A program made the translations under genes and the position numbers. This document shows, one piece after another, positions 51,065-60,300 of a stretch of 64,000 bases of DNA. The notes under the pieces were generated by a model. It saw only the letters and a program-made list of their open reading frames with translations, ran no database searches and had not been told where the DNA came from. Where the stretch lies: positions 32,001-96,000 of the forward strand of contig JBMNFY010000010.1 in NCBI GenBank assembly GCA_050949565.1, in the 5' to 3' direction. Every line of letters starts with the position of its first letter. Within the stretch, counting starts at the first letter, position 1. The stretch is from Kiritimatiellia bacterium. Its GTDB lineage: Bacteria; Verrucomicrobiota; Kiritimatiellia; RFP12; UBA1067.

Positions 51065-52354
51065 ATGAAACGAATCGGATTGATGGGTTTTGCACTACTG
51101 GTGCAGATGGCGCAGGGCGCGGAGGTGATGAGCGAGGCCTACCTGAAATTCTGGGGGCCCGAGGTTCAGAAGCGCATCGACAACGATATCGAGCGCCACC
51201 GCAAGGCGGACGGCGCGTTCAAGTTGGAAGGGGCGAAGGCGGGCTGCGAGGTCAAGGTCGAGCAGATTTCGCATACGTTCATCTTTGGCGGCAACATCTT
51301 TCTGTTTGGCGACCTCAAAACGCCCGAAAAGAACAAGCGTTATGAGGACACCTTCGGTACGCTCTTTAACGCCGCGACCGTGCCGTTTTACTGGAAGACA
51401 CTGGAGCCGGAGCGGGGCAAGCCGCGCTACACGGCGGACAGCCCGTACGAATACCGCCGCCCGCCACCTGATCCGGTGGTAGCCTTCTGCGAGTCCAAAG
51501 GCATCAATATGAATGGACACGCGATCATCTACGGTATACGTGTCTGGGGACATCCGGAGTGGATGCCGAACGACCGTAAGGCGATGGAGCCGATCTTTGA
51601 AGCGCATATCAAGGAGCTGGCGCAGCGTTATGGCGCGCGCATTCAGCGCTGGGATGTGGTGAACGAGTCGATCGACCAAGCCAACCGCGGGCTTATGCCG
51701 GATGACTACACCTTCAAGACCTTCGCTTGGGCCGATAAGTACTTTCCGTCTTCAGCGCTTTTCAGCATCAACGATTGCGACATGCACTGGGGGCCGTCGC
51801 GACGTTACGTTGAAATTGCGCGCGACCTGATCGATCGCGGTGCACGCGTGGACATAGTCGGTGTGCAGATGCACATCTTCAACCCTAAAGAATCGCGGCA
51901 AATCGCCAACGGCGCGGACATCCTCACGCCGAAAAAGCTCTACGCCGTGCTGGACTGCCTTCAGGGTGCGGAACGTCCGATCCATATCAGTGAGGTGACG
52001 GTCAGCGCGCCGGATGACACGCCGGAAGGTCGTGCCGTGCAGGCTGCGATCGTCCGCAACCTCTACCGCCTTTGGTTCAGCTATCCCACCGCCATGGGTA
52101 TCACCTGGTGGAACGTTGTCGACGGTGGGGCGGCGCCTGGCGAACCCTCGTTCTCCGGTATCTACGACAAAGAGATGAATCCAAAGCCGGTGTATCAAAC
52201 GCTCGACGGTTTGATCAACGGCGAATGGAAGACTCGGTTGACGCTCAATGCCGGCGCCGACGGCAGTGTGAAGTTCCGCGGCTTCAAGGGACGCTACCGC
52301 ATCACTTACACTGATACCGACGGTAACGTGAAAACGACTGAAATCCTGTTGTAA
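51065..52354 (+). CDS. GH10-family glycoside hydrolase (paralog of 45509-46894)
   Basis: NGHAII, WDVVNE, GVQMH, IHISE, FRGFKGRY. Confidence 0.9.
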   Translation: MKRIGLMGFALLVQMAQGAEVMSEAYLKFWGPEVQKRIDNDIERHRKADGAFKLEGAKAGCEVKVEQISHTFIFGGNIFLFGDLKTPEKNKRYEDTFGTLFNAATVPFYWKTLEPERGKPRYTADSPYEYRRPPPDPVVAFCESKGINMNGHAIIYGIRVWGHPEWMPNDRKAMEPIFEAHIKELAQRYGARIQRWDVVNESIDQANRGLMPDDYTFKTFAWADKYFPSSALFSINDCDMHWGPSRRYVEIARDLIDRGARVDIVGVQMHIFNPKESRQIANGADILTPKKLYAVLDCLQGAERPIHISEVTVSAPDDTPEGRAVQAAIVRNLYRLWFSYPTAMGITWWNVVDGGAAPGEPSFSGIYDKEMNPKPVYQTLDGLINGEWKTRLTLNAGADGSVKFRGFKGRYRITYTDTDGNVKTTEILL

Positions 52355-52428
52355 CGCTCAACGTTCAACCTCACGCCAAGGCTTTGTAGGCGCGAAATTT
52401 TATTTTTGACATGAGGCTCTTGCCCCCC

Positions 52429-52540
52429 GTGGCATGGGCGTCTCGTCCATGGGATAAACACGGGCAAGATGCCCGTGCCACACCCCGCGTGGCATGGGCG
52501 TCCCGCCCATGAAAAAGCAGCAAGGTTTTGCAAGAGCCTC
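52429..52540. repeat. REP-like family D cluster
   Basis: gtggcatgggcgtc..., cacgggcaagatgcccgtgccac, ggttttgcaagagcctc. Confidence 0.85.
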
Positions 52541-52648
52541 GGCATGATTAGCATGATACTGATTTCAGGCTCGAAATGCGGGGGGTGATCGTGTAATGTA
52601 ACACTTGTTTTCGTTATGTGAAGGCCCTGTGCTTAAGGAGATTTTCCG

Positions 52649-53686
52649 ATGCGTCAGATGTGCAATGCGTTTGTTTTTTTAGGTGTCATGGGTGTGGTCG
52701 TGCTTTGCGGTTGCGGGCGTGATGAGGCGTCTCGCGATGTGCTGAAAACGCCGGCTCCGCCGGCCGAGATGTCGCCGGACTATGTGGTCGCCATGGTGAA
52801 CGGTACGCCGCTCTCGTGGGCCGACATGGAGAAGCGCGCGATGGGGTACCTTAAGGACGATGTGGAGGTGAACCATCTGATCATCCCGACCAACCGGATG
52901 GAGGAGGCCAAGGAGCATTTCCGGCGGCGCTCGATCAATGCGTTCGTCTTTAAGACAGTGATGATGGAGGAGGCCGCCAAGGAGAAGATCCAGTTGTCCG
53001 AGGCGGATCGGCAGGAGGGCCTACGCTCGCTTGCGGTATCACTCAAGTCGCGGAATTGGACAACCAACGACTTTTTCTTGAAAGGCCCGATGGGCGAGGC
53101 GATGATGCGTCGCGAGTTTGAGGATGGCTTGGTCATTGATAAACTGCTGAAGCAGAAAGTGCGAGACAAACTGCGGGTCACCGACAAAGAGATCTCGGAA
53201 ACCGTCGCCCTGCTGGAAGCCACCAATCAGGCGACACGCGTCAAGCTGGAGGGAATCCGCAAGCAGCTTCTGGATGGCGCGGATTTTGAGGATACCGCAC
53301 GCACGGTTTCCCAGTGCCCCAGCAGCGCAAAGAAGGGCGGCGATCTCGGCGAATTCAAGCGCGGTACCTTGCACAGAGGGTTGGAACAGGCGGCGTTCAC
53401 GCAGGAAGTCGGCGCGATCGGTCCGGTGATTGAGACGCGCCTCGGGTATCACATCCTGAAGGTTACGGCGCGAACGCCCGCAACGAAGGCGACCGAAACC
53501 TCGCCGGCTGTCCCGGAGACGGTGCGCGTATCGCACATCTTGCTCAAGAGCGTGCCGATCGATCACAAACGCATGACCGACAGCATCGTGCGGACGAAGT
53601 ACAAAAATGGTGTTGATGCTTATTTCCGCGACCTCAAGGCCAAGTCAAAAATCGAGTGCTTTATCTATCCCGAAATGACGTTCTGA
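52649..53686 (+). CDS. Parvulin-type peptidyl-prolyl isomerase lipoprotein (PrsA/SurA-like)
   Basis: Lipobox-like LCGC, VAMVNG, SQCPSSAKKGGDLG, ETRLGYHILKV, SHILLK. Confidence 0.9.
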   Translation: MRQMCNAFVFLGVMGVVVLCGCGRDEASRDVLKTPAPPAEMSPDYVVAMVNGTPLSWADMEKRAMGYLKDDVEVNHLIIPTNRMEEAKEHFRRRSINAFVFKTVMMEEAAKEKIQLSEADRQEGLRSLAVSLKSRNWTTNDFFLKGPMGEAMMRREFEDGLVIDKLLKQKVRDKLRVTDKEISETVALLEATNQATRVKLEGIRKQLLDGADFEDTARTVSQCPSSAKKGGDLGEFKRGTLHRGLEQAAFTQEVGAIGPVIETRLGYHILKVTARTPATKATETSPAVPETVRVSHILLKSVPIDHKRMTDSIVRTKYKNGVDAYFRDLKAKSKIECFIYPEMTF

Positions 53687-53765
53687 GCGCGGTGTCGAGT
53701 TGGGCGCTGCTCGGGTTTTTTATCCACAGATGGGCACAGATTTTTGGGGGCATTGCTCGGGTTTA

Positions 53766-54031
53766 TTTAACGCAGAGGCGCAGAGACGCAGAGGTTCTTT
53801 GGGGGCATTATTGCGACCACACAGTGGTCGCAATGATGAGTGTAAAAAAAACGGGCGGGAGGACGGGCACCGGGCGCGCACAGGCCATGCAATGGGGGGG
53901 GCGCGGGAAGACAGCCCAGAAAAGCGCTAAATCCTTCCGCTGTGCGGAAGGATGGTTTCAGGTTTCATTGCGGAGCGCCGGGAGGGGCAAGCGTCTGCTT
54001 GCCCGCAGACGAGCAGACGCTCGTCCCTCCC
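53766..54031. repeat. Composite intergenic repeat region (family C plus segments shared with 9268-9481 and 39724)
   Basis: ccttccgctgtgcggaaggatggtttcaggtttcattgcggagcgcc is identical to 9268; taacgcagaggcgcagagacgcagag. Confidence 0.85.
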
Positions 54032-54097
54032 CAGCGGCGCATGCGCCGTTCACGCCCGCAGTACCGGCAGTGCCCGCAGTAACCGATTACGTTCCCC

Positions 54098-57000
54098 TCA
54101 ACGCGCGTTCGTGCTGAAGCGATAGCAGCCGGAGCCGACACGGAAGGCCATGCGGTCGCGGTCTGACTGGATAGGGGGCACGTCAGCGGTCACGTTCTTC
54201 GCGTCGGGTTTGACCGGCAGATAGATGGTCGCTTCGGTATTGGCCGGGACCTCGACCTCCAGCGTGAACACGCCGTTTTCCCGCCGCCATTCACTGCGGA
54301 TGAGACCGTAGGGTGAGTCGTGCTCGGCCTTGACCCAGTCCAGGCCCGCCACCGGTTCCGGCGCGATGATGAAACGCTTGAAGGCTACCGCCTGCGGATC
54401 ATCGGTCACGGCGATGGTGGAGACGCTGTCGGCCAGACGGATGCCGCCGAGATATTGGTAAGACCAGGCGGAGAGGTCGCCGAACATGATGTGGTTGCGC
54501 GAGGAGCCTTCGTTCCAGTCTTCCCAGAAGGTGGTGGCGCCGCGCTTGATCCAGTTGCCGAAAGAGGGGTGCTCTTCTTGTGTGGCCATGGTGAAGGCGA
54601 GGTCGGTGCGGCCAGCTTTGCTCAGTGCACGAAACACATACTTCGAGCCAAGAATACCGAAATCCGGGAAGACGCGGGTCTTTTGCACGGCCTCGACCAG
54701 CCGCGCTTCGACGGCGGCGCGTTCAGCGTCCGGGACCAATCCTTGGTGCAGCGCGCAACTCTGCGCAGTCTGGCTGCCGATCGAGTAAACACCGTTGCCC
54801 TTGTAGAGGTGGCGCGTGTAAGCCTCGCGGATCGAACGCGCAAGTGCGGCGTATTTCTGGGCGTCGTCATGTTTGCCGAGCCGTTCGGCGACACGCGCCA
54901 CGATCTGCGCGTCGAGATAGTAGTAGCCTGTGGAGGTCACCTCGGTCGGCGTTTTGGTCTTGACCGGGATCCAGTCGCCGAGGCCGTGCGAGACGATTCC
55001 ATCCTTGGCACGGGAGGTCATGTAATCGACATACTTCGCCATGGCCGGATAGGCGGTTTCCAGTATACGGGTGTCGCCTTGGTAGACGTACAGCATCCAC
55101 GGAATAATAACGAGTGCGCTGTCCCAAGCCGGGCCGTTGCCCCAGTGGTAGCCCCAGCCACTGGTCGGCACGATGCCCGGCAGGTTGCCATCGGGGCGTT
55201 GCTCATCGATCAAGTCCTGAATCCATTTTTCATAGGCCGCCGTGTTCTGGAAGTTATACATCGCGAGTTCCGATGCCAGCGATGCATCGCCGGTCCAGCC
55301 ATTTTTTTCGCGGTGCGGGCAGTCGGTGGGGTACCCATTGACGAAGTTGCCGCGATAGGCCCAGAGAATGGCGTGCTGGAGCTTGTTCAACAACTCGTTC
55401 GAGCTGATGAAACGTCCGGCGTCTTTGAAATCGGTGTGAACTACACAGGCCTCGATATTCGAGGCATCTGGCGGCTGTGCCACTCCGGTGATCTGCACAT
55501 ATTGGAAACCATTATAGGTGAAGCGCGGCTCATACACCTGAGTACGGCTGCCGTCACACACGAAGCGGTCTGTCTGGAACCAGCCGTCCGGCAGCGTGCT
55601 GAACGACGCAGGATAACGGAAGTGTGCGTCGGTGCCTTTCAAACTGAGGCTGCCGTCTTCTTTGAGTTTTTCGCCGTACTTGATCGTGACCACGTCACCA
55701 GCGCGCTGTCCGGCGAGTTTGAGTTTGACCCAGCCTGCGGTATTCTGACCGAAGTCGACCAGCCACGTGCCGGGCGTGATCGCGCGTACAGCGACCGGCT
55801 TCAGGCGTTGCGTCACTACGCTCGGCGGCAGCGCGGAGGCGGTGAGACGTCCGGCGGGTGCGGGCACCACGTCAGCCCTTACGACCTGCTTTTCAAGGTT
55901 GGGCGCGCCTTTCGGTGCCTTGCCGATCACCTCGCCTTCGCGGATGCAGTCAAAGCCGATCGGGCTGGCGACCTGACGCCAGGTGTCATCGCTCACGACC
56001 ATCGTGCGCGTACCGTCGTCGTACGTAATTTCGAGTTGGGCCAGCATGCGCGGAAAATCGCGCCAGGGGGCATTGTCGAAGTTCCAGACGGCGACGCTGC
56101 GCACGTCGTACCAGCCGTGTCCCAGTAGCACATGCAGTCGGTTTTCGCCGCGCGCGAGCATCTCGGTCATGTCATAAGTGGAGTAGAGCACGCGCCGGTC
56201 GTAGCGGGTGGGGGCGGGGTCCAGCACCTTGCGGCCGATACGCTGCCCATTGAGACTCGCCTCGTAAAAGCCGAGGCCGGTGATGTGCAGCGTAGCCTCG
56301 CGCACCGGGCGAGTCACCGTGAAGCGTTTTTCAAAGGCGGGCGAGACAAGCTCTCTGCGCCGTTCGATCTTGCCCCAAGGCGCACCGTCCACCGGGCCGG
56401 CTATCACAGCGGCTTTCCATGCGTCATGCGCGAAACCATCGATCTTTTCTTTCCAGCCGTCCACTGCTTGCGCTGATGTGCTCCAGGTGGTGTCGGTCGG
56501 CACGGCCTTGCCGTCGGCGAATTTCAGTACGGCGAGCAGGGCGGTAGGCCCCGGCTCCTTGTTTTTGACGGTGACGGCGATCAGGTTGCGACCGGGCTTG
56601 ATCAAGTCTGCGACATCATGAAAGCGCATCCAGCGCCAATCGTTGAAGTGGCCCCAGGTTTTCGCGGCGATCTTGCCGTTGATGAACACCTCGTACTCGT
56701 CATCCGCCGTGAGCACCAGCTCTACCGGTGCGTCCTGCGCGCCGCGCGGTGCGTCGAACACCTTGCGGAAATGGCGGACGCCCTGTGCCGCTTGTCCCAG
56801 CGAAGGGGCGTCTCCGGTCCAGATCCATTGCGCACCGACCAGATCGCAATCCGGACGCGTGGCGGCGTTCGCACCGATCCAGCGTGCCTGCCAATCTGCA
56901 GGACGCATCACGCCCATGATCCAGCGTGCCTGCGCACTCCAGGCGGAGGGTGTATCACTCTGGTTATCCCACGCGCGCACTTTCCAGTAGCAGCGTTGCG

Positions 57001-57337
57001 AGGTCGTGAGCGGCTTGCCGGCATACACCACGTTCAGCGATTGGTCAGAAGCCACGCGTCCGCTGTCCCAGAGATCGCCTTGATTGTCGCGTAGCCGCTC
57101 CGGCGAGGAGGCCACCAGAATCTGGTAGGCGGTTTGGCGCAGGCCGCGCGCCGAGCGGCGTGCGGCGGTCAATTTCCAACTCAGGCGCGGGGCCGGGTGG
57201 TCGAGCCCCACGGGGTCCTGCAGGTAGTCGACCGTCAACGCCTGCGGAGCGGCGAGTGCGCCGCGCTGACCCCACGGTCTCTGTGCACAACCTGCGACGA
57301 GCACCAAACCCGCCAACATCCATGAAATCTGTTTCAT
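54098..57337 (-). CDS. GH78 alpha-L-rhamnosidase (probable lipoprotein)
   Basis: PRLSW...AYQI, LWDSG, DFGQN, PTDCPHREKNGWTGD, ATTFWE, SRNHIMFG; lipobox VAGC; start reassigned to 57337. Confidence 0.93.
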   Translation of the reverse strand: MKQISWMLAGLVLVAGCAQRPWGQRGALAAPQALTVDYLQDPVGLDHPAPRLSWKLTAARRSARGLRQTAYQILVASSPERLRDNQGDLWDSGRVASDQSLNVVYAGKPLTTSQRCYWKVRAWDNQSDTPSAWSAQARWIMGVMRPADWQARWIGANAATRPDCDLVGAQWIWTGDAPSLGQAAQGVRHFRKVFDAPRGAQDAPVELVLTADDEYEVFINGKIAAKTWGHFNDWRWMRFHDVADLIKPGRNLIAVTVKNKEPGPTALLAVLKFADGKAVPTDTTWSTSAQAVDGWKEKIDGFAHDAWKAAVIAGPVDGAPWGKIERRRELVSPAFEKRFTVTRPVREATLHITGLGFYEASLNGQRIGRKVLDPAPTRYDRRVLYSTYDMTEMLARGENRLHVLLGHGWYDVRSVAVWNFDNAPWRDFPRMLAQLEITYDDGTRTMVVSDDTWRQVASPIGFDCIREGEVIGKAPKGAPNLEKQVVRADVVPAPAGRLTASALPPSVVTQRLKPVAVRAITPGTWLVDFGQNTAGWVKLKLAGQRAGDVVTIKYGEKLKEDGSLSLKGTDAHFRYPASFSTLPDGWFQTDRFVCDGSRTQVYEPRFTYNGFQYVQITGVAQPPDASNIEACVVHTDFKDAGRFISSNELLNKLQHAILWAYRGNFVNGYPTDCPHREKNGWTGDASLASELAMYNFQNTAAYEKWIQDLIDEQRPDGNLPGIVPTSGWGYHWGNGPAWDSALVIIPWMLYVYQGDTRILETAYPAMAKYVDYMTSRAKDGIVSHGLGDWIPVKTKTPTEVTSTGYYYLDAQIVARVAERLGKHDDAQKYAALARSIREAYTRHLYKGNGVYSIGSQTAQSCALHQGLVPDAERAAVEARLVEAVQKTRVFPDFGILGSKYVFRALSKAGRTDLAFTMATQEEHPSFGNWIKRGATTFWEDWNEGSSRNHIMFGDLSAWSYQYLGGIRLADSVSTIAVTDDPQAVAFKRFIIAPEPVAGLDWVKAEHDSPYGLIRSEWRRENGVFTLEVEVPANTEATIYLPVKPDAKNVTADVPPIQSDRDRMAFRVGSGCYRFSTNAR

Positions 57338-57348
57338 CTTTTCTCCCC

Positions 57349-60300
57349 TCATTTCAACAGCAGGACGGTGCCGCCTTGCGAGGTGAGCCAAAGTTGGGTG
57401 CCGTTGTTGGCGACAATCAACTTGTATTTGGAGGGGAAGCCCGACAGCGTAGGTTTGGTGTTGATCGCGCCGGTCGCGATAATATACATCGGGGCGGTTG
57501 GCTCTGCGGAGGCGGCGTCCGCCGGCATGACGGTGAGGTTCGTGAGGTCCACCCCGTTGAAGGTGACGCAGGAGGAGGTCTCGCCGTCGATCTTCACGCG
57601 ATAGACACTGTCGGCCGCGAACGAGCCGTTCGCGACGGTGCCGTCGCCGGTGAGGGTGCCGATGGCGCACTCGCCGCCGCCGAGATCGAGCGTCGCGCCG
57701 GACGCCAAGTCGAAGGAATCGTCGGAATAATCGGCGGGCATGGATGTTGTCAGCAGCGAGCCGTCGCCGGGATCTGCCAGCATCGCGTAATCCTGCCAGG
57801 TCGTGGAGGCCGCGCCCACCTTGATGCCGATGGCCCAGGGGATCACGCCGCTCCACGGGCCGTCGCCGCCGCCGTTCTCGGTGAAGCGCAGCTCGATGGC
57901 GTGGGGACCGGGCGGGAGCGTCACCGTGCCGGTCATAGTTTTACACGAATCAGGCGGCAAAGATGACCACGTTGGTCCGGTCGATGACCAGCCGTCCGGC
58001 GTCATCATAATCCATCATGAACGACCAGGTCACATCTTGGCCGGTGCGGTTCCAGATGGCGCCGGTGTAGACGAGGGTGAAGGTGCTCGCCGTGCCCGGG
58101 GCTGCCGTACACGTTGGCCACGGAGGTGGCGAGGTCCACGGTGGTCGTGGCGGGCATGTCGACCCAGTTCTGTGTAGCCGCTCCACCTCGCCGAACAGGA
58201 GACCGGGCGTGAGAGTCGGAGCGGAGGGCGAGGGTCCCCGCCTCGACCTCCACGGCGGAGGAGGGCGTCTCGACGTAGCCGTTGAGCGTCGTGGTGAAGA
58301 AGGGCTCGGCCTCGGTGTAGATCTCCGGCATGCCGTTGCCGTAGGCGTAGGGGATGGCGAAGTTGGCGACCTCCGTGGAGTGGCGGCCCTGCAGGTCGAT
58401 GCCGAAGCCGCTGCCGGGAATGACGCTTCCGCCTGCGGCACCGGTATGCTGGCCGAAGCGCAGCTCAAAGGCGTGCGGGCCGGGCGTGACGGGTACGGTG
58501 ACGATGCGGGTGGCCGTGTCGTTGAGGCGGCCCGAGAGGACCGTCTGCCCGTCGATGACGATCAGACAGGAGTCGTCGAGGTTCTGGATGAAGGTCCAGT
58601 TCTTGGGTTTCGCCCGAACGGTTCCAGACGTAGCCGGAGTAGACGGCGGAGGAGTAGTTCCACCAGACATAGCCGTTCGGAAGAGTGGCGGACTGGTCGT
58701 TGCCGTCCGGGACGTTAATAAAGCCGTTGGCGGCGCGGGGGGTGAGTTGGACACCGCCGTCGCAGGGGTTGGGTTCTACGGAGTTGCCGCAACCGCCGAC
58801 CGTGCCCTCGAAGAGGCCGGGTTGGCCGGGCTGGGCGTTGCGGGCGGCTTCGGCGGCGTCCCAGTTGACGGATGAGGTGGTGAGGATCGAGCCGTCGCCG
58901 GGATCGGAAACAACGCGCCAGCCCATGCCGTCGCCGGGATCCCAGTTGAGGCCGCTGTTCAGCATGCCGCTGACATTGCAGCCGACGTTGCCCCAGCCGT
59001 CACCGAAGCGCGCATCGAAGTAGTGCGGGCCGGGGGTGGCAGTGAAGGAGCCGGGGGTGGCGGTGTTGCCGTTACGGTAAAGAACCAACGAACGGTCGAT
59101 GACCAGATAAACGTAATCATCGAACGCGCCGCGGAAGTTCCAGACCTGATTGGTGGCGGTGCGGTTCCAGATGCAACCGGCGTAGGCGTAGGTGTGATTG
59201 TTGCCGGCCCACATGCCGCCCGAGTTACTCGTGTTGACGGAGTTGCCATTGTTGGCGGCATAGGTGGTGAGGCGGACATTCTGCTTGGGCACATAGCGGA
59301 ACGGATCGTTGGCCGTGCGCGAAGTGAGCCCCTCCCAGAGGCCCGGCGTGAGCGCGTCAAGGGCCGGGGCGGACGGTTCGGGACGACGGGCGTGGCCGCG
59401 AGCGTGGCCGTGGAGGCACCTGTCTTGATGATCGATGCGGCACTGAGCGTGCCGTTGATGACCGCGCCGCCATCGCCGATTGTCAGGGAGGCGACCTGAA
59501 TGTCGCGACCGCAGAGGTCGAGGCATGCGGGTGCGCCGGTGCCCCCGACCGTGACGGCGGTTGCGGTAGAGAGGGCGTCGTCGTGCCCCAGGGCCAACGT
59601 GCCTTCGCGCACGACGGTCGGCCCGGTATAGGTGTTGGCGGCGTTAAAGGTGACACTCCCGCCGCCGGTTTTGGTAAAGCCGCCGGAGACGGCCGGCTTG
59701 ACGGACAGGGTCACATCGACATCGGCGCGGCCGGCCTGGCGCAGGGTCGCGACCGGTTGCGGGCTCATGCCGCTGCCGGGCGCATGGAACTTGAGACCGG
59801 TGACGGCACCAGAAGGACGGTCAAAGAGTGCCTCCGCAACGTAGCCGTTGTGGCCGTCCGGGCCGTTGTATTTATTGATGACGATCGGCGGAGCGATGTA
59901 GTCGGTGTAGGGCGTGGCGAACGTCATGTCGGCGGCGATCAGCCCGGTCGGAGCGCGCAGGGGGACATCGACAGTCTTACTGATGGAAGCCGGGATTTCC
60001 AACGTGAAGCCGCCTTCGTGGATGACGACGTTGTGGCCGGCAAGCGTCCCGTCGAAGACTTGGAATTCGGAGTTCGTGCAGACGAGGGTGCCGCCGTTGA
60101 AGCTGACGCCTTTCCTGCCGGGATTGTCGGCGGCATGGATGCGGTTCGCCGTGAGACGCCCGTTGCCGGCGAGCACGAGGTCGGAAAGGCGGTTTCGGGC
60201 ATTGGCATCACTGTAGCGCCGCCCGAGGTCAATGGGCCCGTTGACCGTGGCGTCCGCCTCGCCGGCGACGACGAGCGCGCCGGAGCCGGTGTTGGAGCCG

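Noticed and set aside
54320-56128. 602-aa + strand ORF, and similar long antisense ORFs such as 12748-13821 and 3239-4312
   Set aside because: Shadow frames opposite well-supported genes in high-GC DNA, with no recognisable motifs.
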